Positions 27,766-40,300 of a stretch of DNA of 64,000 nt are shown in pieces. The position numbers and the translations under genes were made by a program. The notes beneath the pieces were generated by a model that was given only the letters and a program-made list of their open reading frames with translations, ran no database searches and was not told the DNA's origin. Within the stretch, counting starts at the first letter, position 1. The number at the start of each line of letters is the position of its first letter. The stretch is from a virus, in IMG/VR virus record IMGVR_UViG_3300025646_000024, positions 1-64,000 of that record. One strand, given 5' to 3'.

Positions 27766-30700
27766 ATGTCTAATTGTAGTCCAAAGAAAGACCCTGTAGA
27801 TAAGAAGCTTACTTTTACATATACAGAGTGCCCTGCACCAGAAGAAGGATCACCAGCTCAGATTACTATAGAGTTTCCATATATTGAAAAGTACTGGTAC
27901 GAAGTTAGGCCGCCTGATGCAGCAAACAAGACCATCCAAAATGGAAGCAAGCAACAAAAGCTTCGTCGATCTGTAATTCAAGTACCTGCTGTTGATGCAG
28001 AGAATGCAGATGGAGATAATGTAAACTTTGTTGATCAGGTATTTTATCAACCAGAATATGAGATTGTTGGTTCTGGTGATGACATTAAAAGTAAGCCAGT
28101 ATATGAAAGATTCTGTAAGGCAGATAAAGTATACGACGAGCAATACTTCTACCATATCTTTGAATGGCCATTAACACATACTCTTCCTGCACGACCTGTG
28201 GGAGGTATTACTGTAACTACTCCACCACCTCCTCCACCAGGATCTGAGGGTGGAGAAGAGAGTTGTCCAGTTTATGCAGTATCCAGTACCAGCGTCGGTG
28301 GTACATTTACACTCAATAGAGTAGACAGTCAAGTAATTGGCCTACCTGAGGGAAGCGTTGCTTACCATGGAGGTACACTCGATAATAAGATATTCTTTTA
28401 CTATGAGAATACCACCAATAAAGATATGATTGCTGTTGGTGATGTCATTAATGGCTGGACAGTTGATAAAGTAGTTAACTATAACTCTGAGCACTTTGAC
28501 GAGAAATCTTTAAGAACCACAGAGTCCGTTAGAAGAAGAGTCTCTAAGTTTTCTGAGAAGAACAAGACTCCTGGGTTTATCTTTATCAACAAAAACGACG
28601 GTGCAGAAGATAGAATTATCAACGTCGGGGACTTAGTGACTGGCTATGGTATTCAGAAGGACACTTATGTAGATAGTATTCAAGGACTTAAGATCTTTCT
28701 TACTAGACCTTTAAAGTACAAAAACAAGAGAAGAGTTAGAAACGTCAGGTTTACTAACACTGGTCTTGCTAATAACATCTCAAACCAGATTCTTTGCTAT
28801 GCAGAAATTAGTGGTGGCAGTGCTGCATTCATTAAAGACCAGTACTATTCAAAAGATACCCCCTCAACTCCCCAGTATACAAGTACGATTTACCATGTTT
28901 TTGACGACAAAAAGAACAAAAACATACAACTGACCACAACCAAGGAAATAAAGGTTCAAACTATCAATAGAAACGACGAAGGTGGGTCAAATGATAGTGA
29001 TAACAGAAAGCACTACTTAGTGACTTTCTTGGATGAAACTACAATTAGCAATAAAAGTGATGTGCAAATTTCTATTACTGATGATAGGACTGCATCAGGA
29101 GTAGAACAATCTTTTGTATTTGCTTCTAAAATTGAAGTTGTAGACAGTAAAAGTTTCAAAGTATGGTTCAAGAGAAATGATAACAAGGTTAACACTTATG
29201 TTCGTGGATGGAATGTAACCAGAGTTCCAGGTGGAGCAGTCATTCCTGAAAATAGAATTCAAGTGATTGCTGGTAGAGGCATCATAGACAGGTCTGCAGT
29301 CTGTGGTGTTTATGTCAGTAATGATAAAAAGTTCTATACTTATACTCCTTTATTCTATTCTAGAGATGGATTCTGCGAATCTACTTACCTAGAAGATGAC
29401 CTAGGTAAATTTGCACTTGGTAGTGTTATTCTAAACGATAAAAGTTATTACTTACAACAACAGTTTTTATGTGTTGGACCTGCAAATGACACTGCATACC
29501 AAATCAATAACATTTTTTGGACCTATTTTAACAGGCCATCCGAGATTAATGAACTAAAAACTTGGATAAGTCGCTTAGCTTCTTCTGATTTTCTTACTAT
29601 TCAAAAGGAAATTATAGATTCTGAGAAGTTAAAACTCGGACAAAGAACTATTTTAGCAGTTAAAGACTCCGAATGTGACAGCACTATCAATCCAGACTAC
29701 TCAAAAGTCTATTATCCACACAGTGAATTCAATACTTTTAATGAATATATTGCTCCTGTTCAAAATGATAGTGTATTTGACCCATGTATTGACGTAAAAA
29801 CACCTAAAACTTACAGTAAAGAAGAGTTAGACTCTATAATTACGACAAATCTTGGTGGTAGTTTTCACTTTTCTAGTATCAATTTACCTGAGGAGATGTA
29901 TAAACAGGTGATTTCTAATGAAAATTCACTTCAAAATACCCTACTGAGAGCAATTACTGCTATTGGTAGTTCTGTTCCAAAGCAAACTACCATCCCAAAT
30001 CTACCTCCACTCATTGAAGGAGAGGATAAATCCAGTCAAGTGTTTAGAACTGAGGCTGCATATCGCATTCCACCAAGATTTAAGTCACTTGAATACATTA
30101 TTGAAGACTTTAGTTTCGTCAGTGATTCAAGTCTCTTCCCAGATTCAGATGAAAACAACACTGAAATACAAATTAAGTCTATTCCTAAGTGGACTGGAAG
30201 TGTTTCTCCAGCAAGTGGGGATGGTTGGCAAGCAAATGTCAATACTGATGGAGAAGGTTTCATTAACACAGTAACTATTTCTGCAGTTCCATTCCCTGCT
30301 CCACCACTAGGTGGAAGTACTACTGCATGGGCTGCTGGGCCAGCTCCTACTACATTCTGGCATGGGGATGATACTAACTACCAAGTTACATTTAAAAAGA
30401 TCTTAAACTTTAGAGTTAACGAAGTTAGTAAGAACCTTTCTAATGCAGTCAAGAACAAAGGTAATCCATTTATGGATGAACCTCCATATGCAAAGCTAGT
30501 TCAAGATCTAAAACCAACTGATACTACAATCAAAGTAGACAGTACTAGCCAATTTATCTCTGCAGGATATTTAATTATTCCAAAATATATCGTCAAAAAA
30601 GAAGTAAATCCAGAAACTAGGAATGAAACCCCATATCATTATTACCTAGGTGAAGAAATTATCTATTACAGAGATAAAACAGAAACAGAGTTTCTGCAAT

Positions 30701-31020
30701 GTACACGAGAGATGTTTGATACAACATCTTCATTTGAAAAAATTGCAAATTCAGGAGATATTGAATCTGATGTAACCTATATAATTAAGACTCTTGGATC
30801 TGTCAATTGGAAAGATTATGGTGCTCCAGATGATTATGGAGTCGGAACTATATTTACTGCTACATCTGATGGCTCTGGTGAAGTTGAAAGTGGAGAAGTA
30901 TACTTGTTTGAGAGTACTATGACTCCATTTGAAAATAGTAATTATGCATACTATAGTTATGAAAAGAATAATTACTTGTCTCAATTCTGGCCAATCTCAA
31001 TTCAGAATAAAAACGTATGA
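27766..31020 (+). CDS. Large virion structural protein (1084 aa)
   Basis: Lies before PAAR and baseplate genes; TTIKVDST..F...G...GEEIIYY and YIIKTLG..W...GA...GTIFTA repeats are shared with the gp7-like protein. Confidence 0.6.
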   Translation: MSNCSPKKDPVDKKLTFTYTECPAPEEGSPAQITIEFPYIEKYWYEVRPPDAANKTIQNGSKQQKLRRSVIQVPAVDAENADGDNVNFVDQVFYQPEYEIVGSGDDIKSKPVYERFCKADKVYDEQYFYHIFEWPLTHTLPARPVGGITVTTPPPPPPGSEGGEESCPVYAVSSTSVGGTFTLNRVDSQVIGLPEGSVAYHGGTLDNKIFFYYENTTNKDMIAVGDVINGWTVDKVVNYNSEHFDEKSLRTTESVRRRVSKFSEKNKTPGFIFINKNDGAEDRIINVGDLVTGYGIQKDTYVDSIQGLKIFLTRPLKYKNKRRVRNVRFTNTGLANNISNQILCYAEISGGSAAFIKDQYYSKDTPSTPQYTSTIYHVFDDKKNKNIQLTTTKEIKVQTINRNDEGGSNDSDNRKHYLVTFLDETTISNKSDVQISITDDRTASGVEQSFVFASKIEVVDSKSFKVWFKRNDNKVNTYVRGWNVTRVPGGAVIPENRIQVIAGRGIIDRSAVCGVYVSNDKKFYTYTPLFYSRDGFCESTYLEDDLGKFALGSVILNDKSYYLQQQFLCVGPANDTAYQINNIFWTYFNRPSEINELKTWISRLASSDFLTIQKEIIDSEKLKLGQRTILAVKDSECDSTINPDYSKVYYPHSEFNTFNEYIAPVQNDSVFDPCIDVKTPKTYSKEELDSIITTNLGGSFHFSSINLPEEMYKQVISNENSLQNTLLRAITAIGSSVPKQTTIPNLPPLIEGEDKSSQVFRTEAAYRIPPRFKSLEYIIEDFSFVSDSSLFPDSDENNTEIQIKSIPKWTGSVSPASGDGWQANVNTDGEGFINTVTISAVPFPAPPLGGSTTAWAAGPAPTTFWHGDDTNYQVTFKKILNFRVNEVSKNLSNAVKNKGNPFMDEPPYAKLVQDLKPTDTTIKVDSTSQFISAGYLIIPKYIVKKEVNPETRNETPYHYYLGEEIIYYRDKTETEFLQCTREMFDTTSSFEKIANSGDIESDVTYIIKTLGSVNWKDYGAPDDYGVGTIFTATSDGSGEVESGEVYLFESTMTPFENSNYAYYSYEKNNYLSQFWPISIQNKNV

Positions 31021-31340
31021 CAAGACCCATCGCAGCATTAGGAAATCCAGATTCTATTTCATTTAGACCCTGTTGTGTCTATCCACCAAATATCGTCACT
31101 CCCATTGTGGCAACGGTATTTGCCAATGGACGCCCTAGAGCCAAGGCAGGAGACGTTCTAACCCCAGCTCCAGGCTTTCCAGTCTGTCCAAATACTACAT
31201 GCACCCCCATAGCTAGGACTATCATTGCCCCCAGCAAGGTCTTTGTAAATGGTCGGCCATCCGCACACGTAGGGGACTTGACAAATCCAGTTTCCCCACG
31301 TACAATACTACCTGTACCCACCAACATTTTCGTGAACTAA
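31017..31340 (+). CDS. PAAR-domain spike tip protein (gp5.4-like)
   Basis: RPIAALG, VFANGRPRAKAGD, VFVNGRPSAHVGD repeats. Confidence 0.85.
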   Translation: MTRPIAALGNPDSISFRPCCVYPPNIVTPIVATVFANGRPRAKAGDVLTPAPGFPVCPNTTCTPIARTIIAPSKVFVNGRPSAHVGDLTNPVSPRTILPVPTNIFVN

Positions 31341-31341
31341 C

Positions 31342-31485
31342 ATGGCAAAAGCACCTAGTTTTAACAAGTCTGGCTATACTCCAGCTAAGCCCAAAATGAC
31401 TCGTCAAGGTCAGTCAAAAAATACCCGACTTTCTGCATCCAGTCGAAATGGACGCAAAAAAGCCTATCGAGGGCAAGGTCGATAA
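31342..31485 (+). CDS. 47-aa basic peptide (MAKAPSF...KKAYRGQGR)
   Basis: ORF below the track cutoff; lies between the PAAR stop and a terminator. Confidence 0.7.
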   Translation: MAKAPSFNKSGYTPAKPKMTRQGQSKNTRLSASSRNGRKKAYRGQGR

Positions 31486-31489
31486 TAGT

Positions 31490-31516
31490 AAAAAGGGGTC
31501 GAAAGACCCCTTTTTT
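31490..31516. terminator. Bidirectional Rho-independent terminator
   Basis: A5-GGGGTC-GAAA-GACCCC-T6. Confidence 0.9.
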
Positions 31517-31588
31517 GTCCCTAAATACTACCGAAGGGATAGCAACCCCTTTAAAAGTTCTGTTAGACCCATTTTTTGGAGAAAACAG

Positions 31589-31744
31589 ATGGCAATTCAC
31601 CCAAATCCCGACAGGGATGTTACATATATGAAGCAAACGTGGGGAACTACAAAATTAGTTACAGATTATGCTTCGTTACCAACAAAAAGAAAAAAGGTTT
31701 ACCAAGTAGACTATTGTGAATACTTTAAAGATACATCTAAATAG
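31589..31744 (+). CDS. Small hypothetical protein (MAIHPNPDRD...WGT)
   Basis: GGAG RBS, ATG 31589, late-type CCTAAATA at 31520-27; the ORF-track start 31448 crosses the terminator. Confidence 0.65.
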   Translation: MAIHPNPDRDVTYMKQTWGTTKLVTDYASLPTKRKKVYQVDYCEYFKDTSK

Positions 31745-31769
31745 TTTATAATTACAACATTTTATTTAA

Positions 31770-32186
31770 ATGTCAACTGTTTCACAAGAGTTAGGCAAAA
31801 TTTCTAGGTCATTTAAGGACATTAGTTTAAATTTTGGACTAAATCCTGTGACTAAAGACATTGTAGTGCTAAAGAATGAAGAGGCAATTAAACAGTCGGT
31901 AAAAAATTTAGTATTAACTAGGTTAGGAGAAAGACTGTTTAATCCTCTTATTGGAACTGATACTACAAGTTACTTATTTGAGCTAACTGCTACATTCTCA
32001 GCAAATTCACTGATTGAAGAAATTGAAAGTGTTTTGCTTACATATGAACCTAGAATAACACTTAATAATATTACAGTTAATGTGGATGACGATACAAATG
32101 AATTTGAAGTTATAATAGATTATTTTATTGTTGGATTACCTCCCATAGTACAAACCGTAGATTTTATCCTCGTAAGAGAAAGTTAA
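31770..32186 (+). CDS. gp25: Baseplate wedge subunit gp25
   Basis: FKDISL.F..NP, AIKQSVKNLVLT..GERLFNP..G, YEPRI. Confidence 0.92.
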   Translation: MSTVSQELGKISRSFKDISLNFGLNPVTKDIVVLKNEEAIKQSVKNLVLTRLGERLFNPLIGTDTTSYLFELTATFSANSLIEEIESVLLTYEPRITLNNITVNVDDDTNEFEVIIDYFIVGLPPIVQTVDFILVRES

Positions 32187-32189
32187 TAA

Positions 32190-34358
32190 ATGGAACTACC
32201 TACTATCTCTGCTTTAGAATTCGATCAAATCAGAGAATCCATTAAAAATTTTATCAAAAGTAAGACTGATTTCCAGGATTACGATTTTGAAGGATCCAAC
32301 TTATCCATGTTGGTGGATGTTTTGGCATATAACAGCATGTATTCGTCATATAACATCAATATGGCGGCAAATGAGCTTAATCTGGATACTGCAGTGCTTC
32401 GTGATAATGTAGTTTCACATGCAAAAAGATTAGGATATACTCCAAATTCATATACTTCGGCAAAAGTCAATTATAACATTACAGTAAACAACGTTGGCAA
32501 TTACCAATCAGTAAATATTAGTGCCGGACCACTATTTTCTACAACTCAAAATAATAAAGTATATACATTTTTACTTAGAAGTGCGCTGAATGTAAATACT
32601 CAAGGAAGTTCTTCAGTAACATTTCAAAATATAGAGCTAGTTGAGGGCTCCGAATTTAGTATTAGATACACTGTAGATGATGCCAACGAAAACCAACGTT
32701 TTTTTGTCCCAAATAACTTTGTAGATGCAGATTCCATCAAGGTTTTCATAATTTCAGACCCATCAACTAACTTAGAAGTTGAATATGAAAGAAAACTTGG
32801 TATTGTAGGTGTAATTGCATCAGATAGAGTATTTTTTGTCGAAGAAGTTCAAGATCAAAAATATGAAATTATTTTTGGAGACGATATAATTGGTAGAAAA
32901 CTACAAAATGGAGAAATTGTAATCATACGATATATTGTGTCAAATGGATCAGATGCTAATCAAATTGCGACCTCTCAATTAAAGTTTATTGGTACTGTAA
33001 CTGGAGATTCATCTAATATTTCAGCAACTAATATTTCTACCACTGCACTAAGTACAAAAACTGATGGTGGATCAGAGTTTGAATCAATTAAATCAATAAA
33101 ATATAGAGCCCCTAGATACTACGCTGCCCAGCAACGAGCAGTAGTGAATAGTGACTATGAAAGCATTCTACAAAATATTTATTCAAATGCAGATTTAATT
33201 AGAGTTATTGGAGGAGAAACTAAATCGCCTCCAGAATTTGGTAAAGTTTTTATTTCAATTAAGCCAAAAATTGGTTCTACAATTTCAATCGTAGAAAAAA
33301 CTAAAATTGTTAATGAATTAAAAAGATATGCAGTTGGTTCTATAACTACAGTTATAGAAGATGCTATTCCATTCTTTATTGATTTATACATTGATGTCAT
33401 TTATGAACAAAGTAAAACAAATAAAGATAAATTAACTCTCATTAATTTAACTAGACAAATTATATCAAATTATAATTTAGACGATGAATTTAAAAACTTT
33501 AATGGTATATTTTCGTCATCTAAATTAATTTGTCTTATTAGAGATATTGAACCTGCAGTAAAATTTGTTATTGTGAAATCAATATTTAGAAGAACAGTTC
33601 AATTATTTGAAAACGTACATTATAGATATAAAGTTAATTTTTATACTAAATTAAAGAACAACATTGATAGTAAGTACACTTTAATTAGTGATCCGTTTTG
33701 CATTAAAGGTTATAATGTTCCATTGGTTTTGGTAGCATTTTCAAATAATTTTTCTGGTTGTGAAAAAAATGGAATTGTCTATTTAATGACTGAAAATGAA
33801 AGAGTTATAGCAATTGCAGGATCTATAAATTATGACACTGGTGTTGTGCAATTTGATTTAACTGCATGTCAAACCACACCAATAAATATCTATGTTATTC
33901 CAGACAATCCAGATGTAACCACTGGAGCAGACACTTATCCAGTGGTCACTCCAATTAATGTGGAATATATTGATATAGGATCTTCTACTGGATCTCAAAC
34001 CACAGTTCAACCGTTGCCAACTACAACCTCTCTAGTTCCACCAACACCAGCACCATCTGGAGATCCATTAGGATCTTCTCCAACAAATAATATCCCAGGA
34101 ACTACAGTAACAAACCCAGATGGTAGTGTTACCACAGTGGATGATGATGGAACTGCAATAACAACAAATCCAGATGGAAGCCAAACTATAGAGCAACCAA
34201 CAGATCCAGTAGATCCTTGCATTGCACTATATGATAAAATTGAAGCTCAAGGCTACATGGATAATGATACCAAGCAAAAGCTTGCAGAATATGGATGCCC
34301 ACCACCAGATCCAACTATTGAAGACTTTACTCCAGTTACCCCAGATATCTGCTCATGA
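32190..34358 (+). CDS. gp6: Baseplate wedge subunit gp6
   Basis: LEFDQI, DYDFEGSNLS.L.D.LAYN, VVSHAK.LGY.P, FGDD..G, Q.RAV...DY. Confidence 0.92.
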   Translation: MELPTISALEFDQIRESIKNFIKSKTDFQDYDFEGSNLSMLVDVLAYNSMYSSYNINMAANELNLDTAVLRDNVVSHAKRLGYTPNSYTSAKVNYNITVNNVGNYQSVNISAGPLFSTTQNNKVYTFLLRSALNVNTQGSSSVTFQNIELVEGSEFSIRYTVDDANENQRFFVPNNFVDADSIKVFIISDPSTNLEVEYERKLGIVGVIASDRVFFVEEVQDQKYEIIFGDDIIGRKLQNGEIVIIRYIVSNGSDANQIATSQLKFIGTVTGDSSNISATNISTTALSTKTDGGSEFESIKSIKYRAPRYYAAQQRAVVNSDYESILQNIYSNADLIRVIGGETKSPPEFGKVFISIKPKIGSTISIVEKTKIVNELKRYAVGSITTVIEDAIPFFIDLYIDVIYEQSKTNKDKLTLINLTRQIISNYNLDDEFKNFNGIFSSSKLICLIRDIEPAVKFVIVKSIFRRTVQLFENVHYRYKVNFYTKLKNNIDSKYTLISDPFCIKGYNVPLVLVAFSNNFSGCEKNGIVYLMTENERVIAIAGSINYDTGVVQFDLTACQTTPINIYVIPDNPDVTTGADTYPVVTPINVEYIDIGSSTGSQTTVQPLPTTTSLVPPTPAPSGDPLGSSPTNNIPGTTVTNPDGSVTTVDDDGTAITTNPDGSQTIEQPTDPVDPCIALYDKIEAQGYMDNDTKQKLAEYGCPPPDPTIEDFTPVTPDICS

Positions 34359-37300
34359 ACAGTCTAAAAGAAAAAATTGTAAATATTTCTTCCCTGATTG
34401 AAAAGCAGTTACCAAACTTTGTTGCTGAGGATAATCCAAAATTCATTTCATTTTTAAATTCATATTATGAATCTCAGGAAACCAAGTATAATTCGTTAGA
34501 TTTAGTTACCAACTTAATTAATTATTATAATATTGGAAGTTATACTCCAGCTAGTTTAACACAATATACAAATTTACAATCTCATTTAACAGATAGTTCT
34601 GATAGTATTACTGTAATATCCACTAAAGGATTTCCAGACAAAAATGGGTATCTTTCAATTGATGGAGAAATAATTTTTTATAAAGAGAAAACCGCAACTC
34701 AGTTTATTAACTGTGTTCGTGGAACTTCTGCGTTTGTGTTTGAAAGTGTTCCATATAATCAAGTAGTATATAAACAAGGTTCTGGCGCTGTTTCTCATGC
34801 TAGTGGATCTCAAGTAGTTAATATTGCATATTATTTTACTCAGGAATTTTTAAAGAGAATAAAATCTGAAATTTCTCCAAATCTACCAGAAGTACTAGTA
34901 CAAGATCTAAATTTAATCACATTTTTAAAAAATATAAAATCTTTTTATTCCGCTAAAGGAAGTGAAGAGTCTCATAAAGTTTTATTCCGAATTTTATTTA
35001 ACGATAAAAAGGTAAAGATACGTCTCACACCTAGAGGTTCTGGTGCTGCCATTGATATTTTAAATTATACAGGAAAAATTGATATATTTAATTTAGTATC
35101 TGGTGGTAGTGATTACTACTACGAATTAGTCAATGGAAATTTAGTTTCTGAACCGTTGATTGAAATTGTCGGTTCTGGCACTGGCAAAAAGTTACCAGGG
35201 GAATTATCTGTACCACCTTCAGCTCAAATGAAAGTGACTCAGATGAATTCATCTGGTGCCATTACTCAAATCTCAGTTTTAAATGAAGGTGAAAATTACA
35301 TTGGTCCAATTAGTGCAAGAATAAGACCAAGAACATTTACGCAAGATCAACAAATTTATAATGTAGATTCAAATGGAGTTACTACTGGAACTGCAAAAGT
35401 AGATACTTGGGATTCTGGTGCAAATGAACTAATTTTGTATGATGTGGTCGGATATTTTAAAATTGATGATAAAATTATTGGAGAGGGTGGAGAAAATCCA
35501 AGAGCATTTATTTCAAAAGCATATGCAGTAACAGATATAAACAAAGAAGGAAATCCTGCAATTGAAATTATTTCTGAAGATCCTACTATAGAATATCCAA
35601 AAAATTATGTATTTAGACCATCATCTGCATCATTTTATGAAAGAATAGCTATACGTTGTGAGTTATTGGCAGACCATAGTTCAATGCGAAGTTTAGATAA
35701 TGTAAATTTAATCGAATTAGTACAAGCTAAAGATACTATCAATAATATTTCTGGAACATCATTCATAGTATCTGAAATTTCAAAGATAAGTGATTCATTA
35801 TATGAGTTTGAATTGCAAAAATCATTGAACTATAAAGATTTATATCTCCCGTCATCAACAAAAGTTACTTCTACTGTCAGTAACATTACATCTTCATCAA
35901 ATTCTACTATTTCAGTCGAATCAACTTTTAATTTTCCAAAAACTAATGGAAAATTGTTTGTAAATAATGCAATTATAAACTATCAAAGTAAAAATGATAC
36001 TCAATTTTTAAACTGCACATTAGTAGGAAATGGGAATGTCAGTGTAGTATCTGGCAATAATATTCATTTATATGGTAGAAATTGCTTAACCTCTGGAGAA
36101 CTTACATATTTCATTAAAGGTTATATTAATGGAGATAGAAGTTCTACTCCTGTTTTATTAAGATTGTATGCTCTTCCATCCACCCCAATTATTGAAGATG
36201 GTGGAAAATTATACTCAAATGACATATATGAGTTGGAAGTTCCATCTTTAAAATTTAATAAAACTATATTAAAGTCTAGTCAATATAGTAGTGGAAAAAT
36301 AGATAGTGTAATTATAGAAAATGCAGGAACTAACTACAAGGTAAATGATAAATTAATTATAAACAACGTGGGAAATATTGGTAGTGGATTTTCTGCTCAA
36401 ATTTCTAGTATTGTTGGAAAGCAACTAGTATCAGTTAATTTTGCTGAAATTAATGAGCAAAATTGCATAGTATTTACAACTAGTGAAAATCATGGTTTGG
36501 TAGTTGGGGATAAGGTAAAATTTAATACTAGTTTGGGAAATCAAACAGTTTTCAATGTAGTATCAACTACTAAATTTGCTGTTGAAAATTCAACTAATTT
36601 GACAACATTATCGCTGGTAAACGTATTTTATATTACTAACTCGCCTACCGCATTGGGTCCTATTAACTCAATCAATATTTCAAATTATGGAAAAAATTAT
36701 TCTAAACTACCAGAAGTAGTTGGAGTAAATTCTCAATTTGGCACTGGAGCATTTATTCAGTTAAATTCTTCTGAAGTAGGAAAACTTACGAAGTTTACAT
36801 ATGATTCAGTTGGCGATGAATTGATTGGGAACAAAAATACTAAATATCAAGTAAAAATTCCAACTAGTGCTAAAATTATTAATAATTTTGAATTAGCCTC
36901 TATTGAGGTTTTAATTGGTGGTAATAATTATAATTCTTTATTAGATAAAATAACTGTAAATGGTGTAGTAGATTTAAACTATGAGTTTGAGATAATAGCT
37001 GATTCTGGAATTATTAGGGAAGTCAATATTTTAAAAAGTAAGTATAACTTAAATTCATTTCCTACAATTGGTGTTCAAAGCCAGTTTGGATCTGGGGCAA
37101 CTTTTAATTCAAAATTAAAAAGAAAACAGCTAAAGCAAGGTGATATTTTAACATTTGGAACTCCCACATCTAATGTTAAAGCCGAAGTGGTACAGTTCGA
37201 TTCTCAGTCATCTACACTAGAGTATTATGTGATATCTGGAACTATCTCAAATGGAGATGCAATTTATGATTCACTTGGGATGATATATGGAAATATTCAA

Positions 37301-40300
37301 AGTATTAGCAATGCTTCAGTTTATTGCAAAAGATCTCCTTACATTAAATACACACCAAAGTTTTTAGATAATCTTGGATTTGTTAGTGATTCAAGTCAAA
37401 GAATTATTAATAGTGACTACATTCAAGATTGGTCATATACAATATCATCTACCAGAAATACATCAGAGTGGAAAAATCAAGTACTTGATAATACTCATGT
37501 ATCTGGCTGTAGAGTATTTGGAAAGCACAGAATTGAAAACAAAAAGGAATTTTTTGAGGCAAAAGAGGAAGTATTTAATAGTTCAGTTATTTTTAAATCT
37601 TCTCTAAGTAATTTAGTTAATTTAAATTTAAATTTATCTAAATCAACTTTATATAAAATTGCAATAGCTGATGTATCTACATTTTCAGTTTCTGATATTG
37701 TGTATGGCAGTTTTAGCAGATCATATGGAATTATTACTGCAATAAATGATAATTACATTACAATTAATACAGTCAGTGATACTGAATTTGAACTTGAAGA
37801 GTACATATTTAAAGTATCAGTAGAATTTATTCTTGAAAATGATAATATTACTAACTATGGCATCTCTTTCTGGAATGGTATTTTTCAACAGCCAGTTAAT
37901 TCATATTATTTGACAGAATCTGACTATATTCCTGCATTCCCAGTATCATCCACTGACGATATAGTATTGCAAGAACTTGAAACACCATTTCAAGTTTTAG
38001 ATACTACGTTAATAGGAAATCAAATAATTTTAACCAAAAATTCAATACCAGTAGTACCATCAGCTAAAGAGCAACTTATAATTTCAATTCATGGCGTAGT
38101 TCAATCACCATCAGCTTATACACTTTCCCAAAATATTTTAAATTTTAATTCAATTACGATAAAACCAGAGGATAATCTAATTGTACTATATCATCCAAAA
38201 TTAAAATCACTTACATTCACTGGTTCTGGAACTAATTACACGATAAATTATACTCCCGCATCTACATGCAATTTAGTTGTATTTGCTAATGGAGTTTATC
38301 AGACTCATTTATCTCCACTATCTAATTATTCGTTAACTGGTAATCAAATAGTATTTGCTAGTTCAATTATAAATCCTTCCATAAATCTGGTAGGATGGTA
38401 CATTGATGAAACAGTAACCTGCTCTATTGTAGATATAGGAGACATCAATAATAGAAAAATTATTGATTTAAAACCAGTAGATCTTCAAAAATTAACTGAG
38501 TATTTAGAAACCAATTCAGTTAAGTCGCCATCATCTTCATATGAAATAACTAAAGATTTACTTGAAGGTACAGTATACACAGATAATATTGGTAATGTAT
38601 ATGGATTTGATACAAAATTTATGTATTCAAGTCCAGAATACTCAAAGAGTTATGTTGAAGTACTAGATCCAATTATATTTGATGGAAGTTCATACACATT
38701 TCCATTAAAGTACATGGATGGAAATTCATATGCGCTAATTAATGGAAAAACTAATTTAATTGTAAATATAGATGGAAATATTTTAGATCCAAAAAAATAT
38801 ACCATTACTGGTTCAAATATAGTATTTCAAAATTTATATACTTCTGCAAATAAATGCACGATAATTGATTTCTTTAGCAATTATATCGCAAATACAACTT
38901 CTTCATCTAGGGGAATAATTTTAGATGACTTAAATGTAGTTCAAGATGGAAGCAGAAAAACTTTTAATTTATCTGATAGAGGTGTTCCTCAATATGTTAA
39001 AAATACAGCAGATATATTTACCGTAAAAAATCAAGTATTATTAATTCCTACCACACAATCACAAACAGTATCTGCAAATAAAATTACATTGCAAGAAGCA
39101 CCAACTGCATCTGATATTACTCAATTATTTTATTTTAATAGACAATTAAGTCCAGCAAACACAAAGAATGTAATTTTAGATGCGTGGGAATGTTTTGATG
39201 GAGTTGATAAAACTTGGCCATTGACACGAAATGGAATTTTATTTACACCAGTAAGTGTCAATAATTTACTGGTTTGTAGAAATGGCGTGTTTCAAATTCC
39301 AGGAGTAGATTATACTATTTCTGGCACATACATAACTTTTGATGAAGCACCAGAAATTACTGAAGATATTGTACTTATCTATTCATATAATAACATCAAT
39401 CAAAATAGTTATATCACTAGCTTTAGTGCAATCGCTGAAGTATCTACTGTAAACTTAGGATTGACTCCACCAAATGTATATGATTTGTTAGTTTCTAGAA
39501 ATGGAATTATTCAAAATCCAACAGAAGATTTTACAGTATCTGGTTCTACATTAACATTTACTTCTCCAGTTCAGGTATCAGAAAGTGTCTTTATAGTATA
39601 TGCTCATGCTTCTGAAGAAATTGGTATTTCTAGTGTTACTAATTCTACCATAGTTTTAGCCACTGCAATCACTTCTGGGCAGGAAGATGGTCTTGTACTT
39701 TATGTTAATGGAACTCCAAAATTTAACAATAAAGATTATACCATTTCCAATGGAAATACAGTGACTCTTCTCGATGGAGTTACAGTAGATCCTGGCACAG
39801 TACCATTTGCCATCAAATATGTTACTTCATTCATTGTAGATGATCTTGGAGATTGCCAAAATGGAATCAAGCAAAAATTCAGACTATTCTACAATCAACA
39901 AAACTTAATCGCTTCGGATGTAGCAAGCAATGCAGATATCTTAGTTTCAAAAAATGGAACTATTCTATCTCCTGGAGTTCAATACACAATAAACTCTGAG
40001 AGAGGCATGATAGTATTTTCTACACCTCTAATCTCTACAGATGTAGTGTTTATGGTTAGAATGTACAATAATAAACTAATAACTTTATCTGGAAGTGGTT
40101 CGCAGTACACTCTAAGTGAAGCTGTAACAACACCAGAAAGAGAACAGTTAATTATATTTGGGTCTAAACAATGGTGTAGCGAAGAAGCTAATGACTTTGC
40201 ATTCCAGAACTCAACTACTGTAACTTTTAATGGTATTACTGCAGGTGCAAATCTGTTTGCTATAAAATTTGATGTCTCATTTAAAGTGTTAGATCAAATT

